Shown here piece by piece: positions 18,765 through 34,300 of a stretch of DNA of 64,000 bases (position 1 is the first letter of the stretch; every line of letters starts with the position of its first letter). The DNA is from Polyangiaceae bacterium (GTDB lineage: Bacteria > Myxococcota_A > Polyangia > Polyangiales > Polyangiaceae). The notes under the pieces are model-generated. The model saw only the letters and a program-made list of their open reading frames with translations, made no database searches and had not been told where the DNA came from. Location: the NCBI GenBank assembly GCA_044376115.1, contig JBILLK010000021.1, positions 119,780 to 183,779 of the forward strand, given 5' to 3'. The translations under genes were made by a program, and so were the position numbers.

Positions 18765-20084
18765 ATGCTTGTTCGCGCGCTGCTTGCGATCGGTCTTGCG
18801 TTGACCACCGTCCTTCCCGCGGTGGAGGCGTATGCGTGTGGAGGCTGCTTCGTCGGCCCCGTCCGCTCTTCGCAGGTGACAGGCCACCGAATGATGCTCG
18901 TGGTCTCGCAGGAGAGCACCGTGCTCTACGATCAGTTCGACTACGTGGGCGAGGCGGAGGACTTCGCTTGGGTGCTGCCGATTCGCGGCCAACTCGAAGT
19001 CGGGCTGGGCACCGATTGGCTGCTCTCGACCTTCGATCAGGGCACGACACCGGTGCTTGAAGGTCCCTTCGTCGATTGTCCCGGCAGCAATCCGCCGCCG
19101 TTCGACGATTGCTATAGCGTCGGCCCCGGACCCGGCCCCTCCAGCGGCGGCACGACCACCGGCGAGTACGAGGTCGTCGAGGTGCTGACACAAGAGACGG
19201 TTGGGCCGTACGAGTCGGTGCAGCTCTCCTCCAGCGATCCCGAGGCGCTCACGACCTGGCTGCAGACGCGCGGCTACGCGATTCCCGACGACCTCACGCC
19301 GGTGCTCGCGACCTACATCGCCGAGAAGTTCGACTTCCTGGTGCTTCGGCTTCAGCCGGGCCTGGGCGTCCAATCGATGCGGCCGGTATGGGTGAAGGCG
19401 CCAGGTGCGTCGTTCGAACTTCCGCTGCGCATGGTCGCCGCAGGAACCGGCGTCACTACCGCCATGTCGCTGTTCGTACTTTCGGAGGGCCGCTACCGAC
19501 CGCAGAATTTTCCGTCCTTCACCATCGACCCAGGGGCGCTGGTTTGGAGCTTCGATGAGAACCGTAGCAACTACCGTGAACTCCGCTCGGAGGGCTTCGC
19601 AGAGTCTGCAGGCTTTGCTTGGCTGACCGAGGCGTCCTTTTCACTGCAAGCGGACTTCGCACAGAAGTTCCCGGAACGAGCCACAGACCCGGAGGATCAA
19701 GCCGCGGCGCTCGAGCTCGCAAACTTCGTCGCACCGCTCACCGACTTGCGACTCACGCGCTTGAGCGCAGAACTCAGCCGCGATGCGCTCGCGACGGATC
19801 TGCGCCTGGAGGCCGACCCCGACCAAAGTGAGCTCATTCCGTACTTCATCATCGACGCATGGACCGGGCAGCCGTGCGCACCGTTGGCTTCGTGCGGGGA
19901 GGAGGAGGAGAGCGGTGGCGGTGGAGCCGGCGGAGCAACCGGTGAACCGCTCAACGTCCGCGCCGAACCAGCGAGCGGTTGCACGCTCGATCGCAATTCA
20001 GGCGGTTCAACCCCTGCCCTCGGCTTGCTCGCGCTCGCGGCGCTCGCCGCGCAGCTACGTCGATACGGCCGAAAGGCGCGCTAG
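18765..20084 (+). CDS. DUF2330-family exported protein with MYXO-CTERM-like tail
   Basis: ACGGCF after the signal peptide, YVGEAEDFAWVLPI, VGPYE, LPLRMV; SGC-x-hydrophobic-LRR tail. Confidence 0.8.
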   Translation: MLVRALLAIGLALTTVLPAVEAYACGGCFVGPVRSSQVTGHRMMLVVSQESTVLYDQFDYVGEAEDFAWVLPIRGQLEVGLGTDWLLSTFDQGTTPVLEGPFVDCPGSNPPPFDDCYSVGPGPGPSSGGTTTGEYEVVEVLTQETVGPYESVQLSSSDPEALTTWLQTRGYAIPDDLTPVLATYIAEKFDFLVLRLQPGLGVQSMRPVWVKAPGASFELPLRMVAAGTGVTTAMSLFVLSEGRYRPQNFPSFTIDPGALVWSFDENRSNYRELRSEGFAESAGFAWLTEASFSLQADFAQKFPERATDPEDQAAALELANFVAPLTDLRLTRLSAELSRDALATDLRLEADPDQSELIPYFIIDAWTGQPCAPLASCGEEEESGGGGAGGATGEPLNVRAEPASGCTLDRNSGGSTPALGLLALAALAAQLRRYGRKAR

Positions 20085-20090
20085 CTACGT

Positions 20091-21017
20091 CTAAGCGCCT
20101 GGCGCCCTGCAACAGCGAAAGCCAGTGGAGTAGTCGTGATAGGCCGGCTCGTGAGCCACGGTGGTGAAGCTGCAACCCGCGCCGTGCTCGTTGCCTGTGC
20201 TGTAAAAGCCGCCCATGAAGATGCCGTTGCCGACCTGCACTGGCTGCCATTGACGCCGCATCTCCTGCTCAAAGGCGGGGATGAAGCTGCTGCTGACCGG
20301 GTCGCTCACCCACTCATGGAGGTTGCCGACCAAGTCGTGAGCGCCGGCCTCCGAGCTGCAGCCTTCATACTCGCCAGTGCGCGCGAGGAAGCCGGGGACC
20401 TGATTGAGCTTGGGGCTGTTGAAGTGCTCATCGTAGTGAAACACCCAGTTGCGTTCGGGAAACAGCGCTGGGAGCAGATGCGTCTTTTCGCGGTTGCAGG
20501 CCTTGGCCTTCGTGGCGCGGCAGGCTGTCATCCATTCGTGCCGCGAACACAGCCGCTTGTCTGCGGCCTTGCACGCCGCCGCGGCCTCGAGCCGACTGAT
20601 GTAGCCCTGCGGAAAGACCCCAGCGGAATTAGCCGCGCGATAACGCACGGAGGCTCGCGGCCGCTCGAAGTACGGGTGCACCGAGCTCGAGCCGTCCGCA
20701 GCGACCTCTACCAAATGCGCTTCGTAGCGATCGATGCACACCGACTGCGCACGGACCATCTCGGGCGGGCAGCCGTTCTTCATCGGCGCAGCGTCAGGGC
20801 CTGCGGGGCTCGCGCTGAGCGTCGCAGCGGCGCTGGCTGAAAGCGGCGGTCCCGAGCGCGGTGGAGGGCTCGCAACCGCGGGCGGATCTACGTTCAGCGT
20901 CGCCGACGTCGCCGACTCGGACGGCGCGGAGCTCGCAGCCGCTCGCTCGGGTTCAGAAAGGTCTGCGACGTTGCAGGCGGTAAGCCACGAAAGCAGCAAG
21001 AGGCGCGATGCGCTCAT
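20091..21017 (-). CDS. FGE-sulfatase (SUMF1)-domain lipoprotein
   Basis: LTAC lipobox; CPPEMV..CIDRYEA, KRLCSRHEW, DLVGNLHEWV, GFRCC. Confidence 0.85.
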   Translation of the reverse strand: MSASRLLLLSWLTACNVADLSEPERAAASSAPSESATSATLNVDPPAVASPPPRSGPPLSASAAATLSASPAGPDAAPMKNGCPPEMVRAQSVCIDRYEAHLVEVAADGSSSVHPYFERPRASVRYRAANSAGVFPQGYISRLEAAAACKAADKRLCSRHEWMTACRATKAKACNREKTHLLPALFPERNWVFHYDEHFNSPKLNQVPGFLARTGEYEGCSSEAGAHDLVGNLHEWVSDPVSSSFIPAFEQEMRRQWQPVQVGNGIFMGGFYSTGNEHGAGCSFTTVAHEPAYHDYSTGFRCCRAPGA

Positions 21018-21097
21018 TCGCAACCCATCGAGCGAAGGCCGCAGAGTGTGACAGCGGTTGCGCGCGATCATTAGCCAGCTGCACGCAATCACGCTGT

Positions 21098-21619
21098 TTA
21101 GAACGTAATGTAGTTCTGCGGCTTGCCGTACTTGTAGCTCACCGACCCCGTCGCGTGGACGAGACGCTTGAGCTTCTCCACAGCGGCGGAGGCGGCAGGA
21201 ACTCGAGCCCACGTCGCAGGCCGCGGACCGGCCGGGTCATCATAGTCGCCCACCACCCGCTTGCCGATCTTCACGCTGTCGACGGTGTCCCCGACGTATC
21301 GCCAAGGTATGCCGAGACGCTTCACCAGCTCGATCCGCGGGTCGTCGGCGAACCTGGATGTCGTACGGATCTCCTGACTCAGCAGAGCTTCGCCCGTCAC
21401 CAGCATGAGTTCAAGGAGCGGAAGCTGTTCGTCAGGTAGGGCTCCGTCGGAGCTCGAGAGGAGGGTCAAGAGGAGCTCGTGATGGCCGCGCGTCCATGTC
21501 CGTACGAAGTCCCACTCGTGCTCTTCGAACGGCACTTCGTGCGTCCCCCGCGTGACTGTTACGAAGGGAGCCGCCGAGCCTGAGTTCACTGGGCCTCGCA
21601 TCGAAGTTGGGCCTAGCAT
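21098..21619 (-). CDS. hypothetical protein
   Basis: 173-aa ORF in a minus-strand run; no motif. Confidence 0.45.
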   Translation of the reverse strand: MLGPTSMRGPVNSGSAAPFVTVTRGTHEVPFEEHEWDFVRTWTRGHHELLLTLLSSSDGALPDEQLPLLELMLVTGEALLSQEIRTTSRFADDPRIELVKRLGIPWRYVGDTVDSVKIGKRVVGDYDDPAGPRPATWARVPAASAAVEKLKRLVHATGSVSYKYGKPQNYITF

Positions 21620-21677
21620 GCTTCAGCTGCAGGGCCACAGGGTCAGCAAGCGCTGCATCACCGGGTGATGAAGCAAC

Positions 21678-22304
21678 CTAGGTCACCTTGCGACGTCGAA
21701 GCACGGGCGGGGCTGGTAACGCGGGGGGCGGTGAAGGTGGCCGCGGTTGGTGCGGCCATGAGGGCAGACTGCGGGGCAAACGAAAGACCCCGAGGATCTC
21801 TTCCCCAGGCTCCCCGCCCCAGTTCCACATCGTTGCCCAATCCCTTCCCGGCTTGTCTTGCAGGCGGCCTAAGCCATGGACGAGCGCGCGCGCCACCTTG
21901 ATGGTGACCATGTCGTTCGGTGGCCTGTAGGGAAGATCGTCATCCTGATAGGTGCTCGTGACCTCCTCGGGCAGCTCGAGCTCCAACTCTTGGATTCCGC
22001 CCGCGGGCGTCACGTACGAAGACGTGACTAGAACCTCCTGCTGTTCGACCTCGAGCCAGTAGTGAGTTACTGGCCCCGCGACCTCTCTCGCCAAGGCGAG
22101 CGCCAGATGTTGGCTGAACCGCTTGGCATCGGGCCCGAGAAGCCAAGGTCGGTCGCCGACCATGCGGAGCAACATGTGATCGCCCGAGGGGCCGCGAAAG
22201 TTCTGTGCGCTCCGCGTTCCACCGAGAGCGTGCATTTGCTGTTGAGCGAACGCGTCGAACGCGGCCGTAGTCATGGGTACGCCACCAATCAGAGCTGTGC
22301 CCAT
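21678..22304 (-). CDS. hypothetical protein
   Basis: 208-aa ORF with protein-like composition and Pro-rich tail. Confidence 0.55.
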   Translation of the reverse strand: MGTALIGGVPMTTAAFDAFAQQQMHALGGTRSAQNFRGPSGDHMLLRMVGDRPWLLGPDAKRFSQHLALALAREVAGPVTHYWLEVEQQEVLVTSSYVTPAGGIQELELELPEEVTSTYQDDDLPYRPPNDMVTIKVARALVHGLGRLQDKPGRDWATMWNWGGEPGEEILGVFRLPRSLPSWPHQPRPPSPPPALPAPPVLRRRKVT

Positions 22305-22350
22305 CGCGATTTCCCTTTACTGCGACGCTTACCTCGGAGCCCTTGCGCCA

Positions 22351-23148
22351 TCACGGCCGTACGGTCTTGCACAGGGCGAGCGCTGCCTCTTTCTCACTTG
22401 GCTCGAGGTAGCCGCGCGTGTGCCCAGCCCTGCACGAGAGCGCGAGCTCGGTGCCCTCGAGGCAGAGGCTCAGGCCGATGGAGGTCTCACGCTCGACACC
22501 GTCCACGAGCTGTGACGAGCCGGACACTCCGCCGTAGTCGTAGCCGTTGCACGGCGGCGTGACGAACGTGCCGCCCTCTTCACGCTGCGCGCGAGGCGTT
22601 ACCGAAAGTTGCACGGTGAGCCCCTCGCCCGAGGTCGGGCCCCAGTGCTGCTTGTATTTGTCGTTGCGCGTCTGTCGGTAGCCGCCGGGCAGCTCGATCG
22701 AAAAGGTCTGCCCGTTCAGCGTAATCTGCTGTGTCCCGCCCTTCGCGGTCGGGCTGTCGGCCGGCTTGAAGCTCGCGCCCGCACGGCCGAGTACCTGCCC
22801 GCGTTGGTGATCTGGGTCCCACAACACGAGCCGCTCCTCCTCGACGCGCGCACGCCAGGTATCGACGAGCTTCGTGCCTCCGCCGCTCGTGGTGATGGTC
22901 AGCTCATCCCCCGCCAGCGCCCAGGTCGAGACGTCGCTCGTTGCCAGATCATCTTTTGCGCGCCGTACCTCCAGCACACCGCCCGGCTTGAACGTCTTGC
23001 GCAGCCCGTGTTCATCCTTCGACAGACAGCTCGCGGTGTCCTTGTCGGTGTAGCACAAGGTTTCCCAGTCCCCGAGGATCGCCTCGGGGAGCGGCTTGGG
23101 TTTGTCGCAAGCGACAACCAGCAGGGAGAGCACGAGCCAGCGCCTCAT
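22351..23148 (-). CDS. lipoprotein with lipocalin-like N-terminal domain
   Basis: MRRWLVLSLLVVAC lipobox; ILGDW and TWALAGDELTIT pattern. Confidence 0.65.
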   Translation of the reverse strand: MRRWLVLSLLVVACDKPKPLPEAILGDWETLCYTDKDTASCLSKDEHGLRKTFKPGGVLEVRRAKDDLATSDVSTWALAGDELTITTSGGGTKLVDTWRARVEEERLVLWDPDHQRGQVLGRAGASFKPADSPTAKGGTQQITLNGQTFSIELPGGYRQTRNDKYKQHWGPTSGEGLTVQLSVTPRAQREEGGTFVTPPCNGYDYGGVSGSSQLVDGVERETSIGLSLCLEGTELALSCRAGHTRGYLEPSEKEAALALCKTVRP

Positions 23149-23369
23149 CAGCGAACGGTACACCAGGTTTCGGCTTGTGCGACGTGAACGCAATGGCCGC
23201 TCTTCCGGGCCGCCGGGCCGCGAAGCCGACGCCGTAGCGAACTGAGGTTGTGCAGGTCGGTGCACAGTCGTGCACGCCGATGCACGAGGTCCTCGCGGGC
23301 ACCGCACGCTATTTCGCGGGAATCGTGCTCGGCATAGACGCTGCAAAGCGCTCCTAGAGGGTGCACGAC

Positions 23370-23849
23370 ATGAGACGAACAGGCGGTGGTGGACGGTTCT
23401 TGATCGCGGCGATGGTCGCACTTTTGTGGACCGCGACTGCGCGCGCGCAGAACGTGAAGAGCGGCAGCGACGAATCAATCGCGGTAACGTCGGAGGCATC
23501 CGCTGACGACGCCGTGCCGTCATCGGCTGTGACACCGATAGCGGAGGACCCCGCCGAAGCCCGGAGAGCGACGCTTCGCCGCGAAAAAAGCGGCAGGAGT
23601 GAAGGCCTGCTCATCGGAGGGGTTGTTACCCTCGTGCTCGGCGCCGGACAACTCATTGGCGGGGGCGCGTACATGGCCAAGGGCCCCGGATATGGCAGCC
23701 TCGATGCGATCTTCGGTGTGCCGTTGATCGTCTCCGGAGGACTGGGCCTCATCACGGGAGGCATCCTCGTCGGAGTCTCGCAGATTCCGATCCAGGTCCA
23801 ACCCAGCGTCGCGGGTCAGCCTGGCCTCACGCTCAGCGGGAGATTCTGA
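23370..23849 (+). CDS. hypothetical exported/membrane protein
   Basis: Signal peptide, two Gly-rich hydrophobic helices, C-terminal GLTLSGRF. Confidence 0.6.
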   Translation: MRRTGGGGRFLIAAMVALLWTATARAQNVKSGSDESIAVTSEASADDAVPSSAVTPIAEDPAEARRATLRREKSGRSEGLLIGGVVTLVLGAGQLIGGGAYMAKGPGYGSLDAIFGVPLIVSGGLGLITGGILVGVSQIPIQVQPSVAGQPGLTLSGRF

Positions 23850-23861
23850 TAGGCGTCGGAG

Positions 23862-24575
23862 TTGTTGGTCGCTGCAACGGATCGAGGCAGGATCTATCTA
23901 TTGGCGTCGTACGAGACGTGGCTCGAGGGGATGACCTCGACTCAGTACGGCAGTCTCTACCGACGCCGGGATATCGGCTTCTGTTATCGTCATCGGGTGG
24001 CCGGCTGGAAAGTCCAATCATGGGATCGCGCGCTTGGCCGCGGCACCGTCGTGAGCGCCATTGGGACGCTCGACTTCGATGCTTCGATTGCGCTGGTGGA
24101 TGACTTCGTGACTGGCGAAGAGGTAGACGTCGCGTTGGCGCCCGCCGCTGGCAGCTTCCGCGTAACGCGTATTGCGCCGAGCCACTGGCGCGAGATCGAG
24201 ACCTCGGTGGGCCTCGATTTGGGCGGCGAGATCGAAAAGATCAACCACGTGCTGTACGACCGCGACGCGACGGTCGGCGGCCTCGATAGCGACGGCAAAC
24301 TCGAAATTGAACTGTCGGTGGACACCTATACGCCAGCGATAAGCGTGGTGTTCGAGGGCTGCTCCTTCGTCCAACTTCCGCTCGAGCTCCCCCACCTAAG
24401 TCAGCTGAAGGCGTTCCGTGCTGACGTATTCGTGAGAGAGCATGTCGAGCTCACCAAGCCGTGGCCAGGTCTGCCGCCCAACGCGACGGTGTTTCGGCTC
24501 GAGCCCCGACACTTCCGCGACGCTGCGGGCTACATCGTTGCTGGCCGCGTGTCGCTGGTTTTAGGGCAACGTTGA
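23862..24575 (+). CDS. hypothetical protein (start uncertain)
   Basis: 237-aa ORF; the first about 45 codons may be non-coding. Confidence 0.5.
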   Translation: MLVAATDRGRIYLLASYETWLEGMTSTQYGSLYRRRDIGFCYRHRVAGWKVQSWDRALGRGTVVSAIGTLDFDASIALVDDFVTGEEVDVALAPAAGSFRVTRIAPSHWREIETSVGLDLGGEIEKINHVLYDRDATVGGLDSDGKLEIELSVDTYTPAISVVFEGCSFVQLPLELPHLSQLKAFRADVFVREHVELTKPWPGLPPNATVFRLEPRHFRDAAGYIVAGRVSLVLGQR

Positions 24576-24600
24576 GGGCGGACTCACAGTCCACCCAAGC

Positions 24601-25197
24601 TCAGCCCGCAGCGAGCGCCACGAGCGCAGCGTGCCCGCCGCCGAACATGCTCCAGCCGTCCCCAACCAGCACCGTCTCGATCTCCGTTCGCTCCGCGAGT
24701 CGCGCGACCGAACGTTTAGCGGCCACCGGATCGGAGAGCTTGGGGAGCGGTAGCATCATCAGCGAGTTGGCGCGATGCGCGCGCACGAGATCGCCGGTGA
24801 TGAGCGTCGTGCCTTCGAGCAGGAGCGCAAGCTCCCCCGGGGTCTTCGAGCCATCGAGGGCGAGGATCTCGAGACCGGGTACGAGCGACTCGCCGTCGCT
24901 CAACCAGCGATCACACGCGAGCGGAAACGCCTCTCGCTCGCCAGCAGGGCCGGCGACACGCGCACCCGTCTTGGCGCGCAGCACCTCGCTGGCGCGCGTG
25001 TGATCCGAGTTCGTGATCACGATCCACGCGGCTCCACCAAGCTCGAGCAGGTGCTTCTCGTCGTGCTCGGTCAACGGTAGCGGATCGACCACGACGTTGC
25101 CCTCGGGCCGCACCCACAGGAGCGAGTGGAAGTCGACGTTGCGTTCCGGGTCGAACTGCGACCACGTATGGAGGTCGGGGCGATGCAGGCTCTTCAC
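24601..25197 (-). CDS. MBL-fold metallo-hydrolase-like protein
   Basis: VVVDP, VITNSDHTRA (variant of HxHxDH), GSKTPGE, LITGD. Confidence 0.8.
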   Translation of the reverse strand: MKSLHRPDLHTWSQFDPERNVDFHSLLWVRPEGNVVVDPLPLTEHDEKHLLELGGAAWIVITNSDHTRASEVLRAKTGARVAGPAGEREAFPLACDRWLSDGESLVPGLEILALDGSKTPGELALLLEGTTLITGDLVRAHRANSLMMLPLPKLSDPVAAKRSVARLAERTEIETVLVGDGWSMFGGGHAALVALAAG

Positions 25198-25310
25198 GCC
25201 CCAAGGCCTACCACGGTGGGGGCCGGCCTGGGCTTCCCAAACCGGCGCCTTTTCGCCCCACGAGCGACAACAGCCAGATCCTAACGGCGCGTCGTGCGTT
25301 TAACTCATCG

Positions 25311-26372
25311 ATGAAGCCGCCGTCCCAAGAGCACCCGTTCCGCACAACCCCTGAGCACGCAGAGCCCACGGTACAGGCCGTCACGAGCGCGTGGTCCCAA
25401 ACGAGGCGCCGCGTCCTCGAACACCTCGCCGCGATGGGCGTGCTTCTCGTGCCGGCCTGTCAGGAGCCGAGCACCACGCCCACCGCCGAAGCACCTACCA
25501 CGTCCGTGGTAGCCCCCTCCTCGACCGCAGCAGCGCCCACCACTTCCGCGAGCGCCGTCGTTTCGGCGTCCGCCGCCCCGAGCGCGAGCGCTACCGTTCG
25601 CAGCAAGGTCGGCGAATCCTGCCAGACGGACGCAGACTGTGAAGCAAACCTCCACTGCAGACTCGGCTTCGACGGATCGAAGTTCTCGAAGACGGGCACC
25701 TGCGCAAAGGAGGCTCCCATCTACGAGGGGCGCCCGCTGCGCGTGGACGGTGAGGCGCGCGTAGCGACGCTCGGCGGCTCGCCGAAGGCTGACGTCAGCA
25801 GCTGGACTGCCTACTTCGCCCGCGCCGCAGCCGAAGAACACGCCAGCGTGGCCGCCTTCGCGCGGACGCTCTGTCAGTTGATGGCGCTAGGTGCACCGCT
25901 CGAGTTGCTCGCCCGTACCCAGCGAGCGCTCGCCGACGAGATCGAACACACCCGCGGATGCCTCGCGTGGCTGCAGCGATCGGGTGGGCCGGAGGACGCC
26001 CTGGGCGTGTTGCCGGAGGCAGCAGCCGCCATTCCCGGAGCCGATCACGGGCTCGACGCGCTCGCCCAAGCGCTGTTGGTCGACGTGCTCCACGGTGGCT
26101 GCGTGGGGGAGACGCTAGCTGCAGAGGCCATGCTCGAACGCGCCGCGCACGCCCCCGAAGCGGAGCTCGCCGAGTGGCTAGCGCGCGTCGCTGATGACGA
26201 GGCGAGACACGCAGCGCTCGCGTTCGAGACGGCGGCGTGGGTCGTGGCGCAAAGGCCCGCGCTCAAGCAGGTCGTCCTCAGCGAACTAGCGGGCCTCCCC
26301 GCTGCAATTCGCGGCCGCATCGAGCCGCTCGCTCGAGCCTGTGGGCTGCTCGATGCGGAGGCGACAGCGTAG
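25311..26372 (+). CDS. ferritin-like (di-iron) domain lipoprotein
   Basis: Lipobox VPAC; EEHASVAAF, DEIEH, GCVGET and DDEARHA ExxH-type motifs. Confidence 0.8.
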   Translation: MKPPSQEHPFRTTPEHAEPTVQAVTSAWSQTRRRVLEHLAAMGVLLVPACQEPSTTPTAEAPTTSVVAPSSTAAAPTTSASAVVSASAAPSASATVRSKVGESCQTDADCEANLHCRLGFDGSKFSKTGTCAKEAPIYEGRPLRVDGEARVATLGGSPKADVSSWTAYFARAAAEEHASVAAFARTLCQLMALGAPLELLARTQRALADEIEHTRGCLAWLQRSGGPEDALGVLPEAAAAIPGADHGLDALAQALLVDVLHGGCVGETLAAEAMLERAAHAPEAELAEWLARVADDEARHAALAFETAAWVVAQRPALKQVVLSELAGLPAAIRGRIEPLARACGLLDAEATA

Positions 26373-26405
26373 CGCGCGGCAAAGCCTGCATGCCATGATC
26401 GCACG

Positions 26406-26546
26406 ATGAAGCACGCGTTCTTCTGCTTGAGCCTCGTGACACTTCCCCTCGCGGCTTGCGGCGAGCAAGCATCCATCCCCGAAGCCCGCGCGAGGTTGGC
26501 GGAGTGTGAAGACCAGGGAACGCAGGCCGAGTGCGAACAGGCGTGA
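26406..26546 (+). CDS. 46-aa putative lipoprotein (below the ORF-track cutoff)
   Basis: Hand translation MKHAFFCLSLVTLPLAACGEQASIPEARARLAECEDQGTQAECEQA*, with an LAAC lipobox. Confidence 0.5.
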   Translation: MKHAFFCLSLVTLPLAACGEQASIPEARARLAECEDQGTQAECEQA

Positions 26547-26648
26547 TTTAGACCGCCACTCCTTTCGTTCGCTTTAACCTACGTATTCGTTCGACAAATA
26601 CTTATCGTTCGGACGGCTGGAGGAGATGGTGGTAGGTAAACTGCGCCC

Positions 26649-31388
<4,740 letters not shown>

Positions 31389-31391
31389 GCG

Positions 31392-34300
31392 GTGAGCTCC
31401 CAGAACCACATTGCCATCGTCGGGGTCGCCGGGCGCTTCCCCGAAGCGACCGACGTCGCGACCTACTTCGAGAACCTGGTGAAGGGCCTCGAGTGCATCA
31501 AGACCTTCAGCGACGAGGAGCTGCGCCGCGCCGGCGTCCCCGAGGCCGACTTCGCCGATCCGCACTACATACGCACCGGGGCGGTGTTCCCGGAAATGGA
31601 GGGCTTCGACGCAGGGTTCTTCGGCTTCAGCCCGCGCGACGCCGCCATCCTCGATCCACAGCACCGCCACTTCCTCGAGGTCAGCTGGGAGGCGCTCGAG
31701 GACGCTGGCTACGACCCAGCGAAGTTCGACGGCAACGTCGGGGTCTTCGGCGGCAGCGGGCACAACGCGTACATGCCCTACAACCTGCTTTCGAACCCCG
31801 ACCTCGTCGCCTCGGTGGGGTTCTTTCTGCTGCGCCACACCGGCAACGACAAGGACTTCCTCACCACGCGGGTCTCCTACTGCTTCGACCTGCGCGGCCC
31901 ATCGGTCGCGGTTCAGACCGCGTGCAGCACCTCGCTCGTCGCGATCCACATGGCGGCTCAGAGCCTGCTCTCTGGCGAGTGCGACATGGCACTGGCAGGC
32001 GGCGTCACGATCGAGATGCCCCACTACCGCGGCTACAAATACGAGGAGGGGGAGATCCTGAGCCCGGACGGGCACTGCCGCTCGTTCGAAGAGCGCTCGC
32101 AAGGCACCTTCTTCTCGAGCGGCGTCGGGGTCGTCGTACTCAAGCGGCTCGACGATGCGATCGCCGCCGGCGACACGATCCGCGCGGTGATCCTCGGCTC
32201 GGCCATCAACAACGATGGCGCGAACAAGGTCGGCTACCTCGCTCCCAGCGTCGACGGCCAAGCCGCCGCCGTGGCAGAGGCGCTCGCGCTCGCCGACGTC
32301 GACGCACGCTCGATCTCCTACGTCGAGGCCCACGGGACCGGCACGCCCGTCGGAGATCCGATCGAGGTCGCGGCGCTCACCCGCGCCTTCCGCGAGAGCA
32401 CCGACGACGTCGGGTTCTGCGGACTCGGCTCGGTCAAGACGAACATCGGCCACACCGACAACGCCGCTGGCGTCGCGAGCCTGCTCAAGGTCGTGCGCGC
32501 GCTCGAGACCGGCGTGCTCCCGCGCACGCTGCACTTCGAACGCCCCAATCCGTCGCTCGATCTCGAGCGCAGCCCGTTCACGATCCAGGCGAAGAACGGC
32601 GCGTGGCCGCGCACGCCGAAGAGCCCGCGTCGCGCCGCGGTCAACTCGTTGGGCGTCGGTGGAACCAACGCCTTCGTCATCCTCGAAGAGGCGCCCCTCC
32701 CGCCTGCGCCGGCGCCCAGCCGCGCGGTGCAGCTGCTCGTTTCGTCGGCGCGCAGCGCAAGCGCCGCCGACCGCGCAGTCACGCGGCTCGGCCAGCACCT
32801 CGGAGCTCACCCGGACACCACGCTCGCGGACGCAGCGTTCACGCTGCAGACCGGAAGGCGCGCGTTCGGTCATCGCCGCGCCATCGTGGCCAAGAACGCC
32901 GCGGAAGCAGCCGAGGTCGCGCGTGATCCGTCCCGCGTCCTCATCGGGATCGCGCCGGAGAAGCCGCAAAAGGTCGTCTACCTTTTTCCCGGCGGAGGCG
33001 CGCAATACGCCGACATGGGCCGCGGCCTGTACGAGAGCGAGCCGGTGTATCGCGCCGAGATCGATCGCTGCCTCGCGCTGCTCAAGCCGCGCGTCGGAGA
33101 TCTGAAGGCGCTGCTCTTTCCCGAGGCTTCCGAGCGTGAGTCGGCAAGCGCGCGCCTCGAGCGCCCGTCCCTCTCGCTGCCCGTGCTGTTCGCGACCGAG
33201 TACGCCCTCGCCAAGCTCTGGGAGTCGTGGGGCGTCCCGCCGGTCGCGATGATCGGCCACAGCATGGGCGAGTACACGGCCGCGTGCCTCGCTGGCGTCT
33301 TCTCGCTCGAGGACGCGCTCGCGCTCGTCAGCGTGCGCGGCCAGCTGTTCGAGAAGGTCGAGCCGAGCGGCATGTTGAGCGTACCGCTGTCGGCGCAGGA
33401 GCTCGAGCCGCACCTCGGGCCGCAGCTCTCGATCGCCGCCATCAACGGCAGCGCGCTCACCGTCGCCTCCGGTCCGAACGACGCCATCGCCGAGCTCGCA
33501 CGCAAGCTCACCGCGATGGAGGTCGAGGCCCAACGCGTGCACATCGCGATCGCCGCGCACTCGAAGATGCTCGAGCCGATCCTCCCCGAGTTCGGCCGCT
33601 TCACGCGCACGATCCGCTACGCGGAGCCGAAGCTCCCGTTCGCCTCGAACGTCACAGGCCAGCTGATCACCGCGCGCGAAGCCACCGATCCCGAGTACTG
33701 GGTACGCCATCTGCGCGGCACCGTGCGCTTCCTCGACGGGCTCGACGCCGTGCTCAGCGAACCGAACCGTGCGCTGCTCGAGGTCGGCCCCGGCAGAGCG
33801 CTCTCCACCTTCGGGCGCGCCCGCGCGCAGGAGCTCGGCAAGCCCGTCGCGTGCGTGAGTTCGCTCCGTCACGTCAAAGACGAGTCGCCGGATCTCGAGG
33901 TGCTCACCGCGGCGCTCGGGCGGCTCTGGGTCGCTGGCGTCAACGTCGACTTCACCGCGCTCCACGGCGACGCAAAACGACGCCGCGTCCCGCTCCCCAC
34001 CTACCCCTTCGAACATCAGCGCCACTGGATCGAGCCCGGCAAATCGCTCGCGGCAAAGCCCCTCCCCTCGCTCGCAAAAAAGCCCGACCTCAGCGACTGG
34101 TTCTACAGCTCTTCATTCGAGCGCCGACCGATCGCTCCGCAGCCTCAAGCGGCAGCTGCTGCTCCGCGCCCGATCGTGGTGCTGGGAGGCGAGGGCCACG
34201 GCGAAGCGCTGCGAAGCGAGTTGCGCAAGCTTGGACTCGACTCTCCCGATCCCGGAGATCTGGGGCGCACGCTACCTTCGCGTCGCGAGGATCTCGAGCG

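Noticed and set aside
14886..21017. Diversity-generating retroelement (RT near two FGE/C-lectin-fold genes; small helical ORF at 7718 as possible Avd)
   Set aside because: RT motifs are retron-type (QGA.TSP, NAxxH, VTG) rather than DGR-type. I saw no TR/VR repeat pair differing at adenines, and the spacer is explained by msr-msd.
23997..24180. Possible cold-shock/OB-fold at the N-terminus of the 23862..24575 ORF
   Set aside because: Only a loose pattern (KVQSWD..GRG.V); the RNP aromatic residues are missing, so it is too weak without a profile search.
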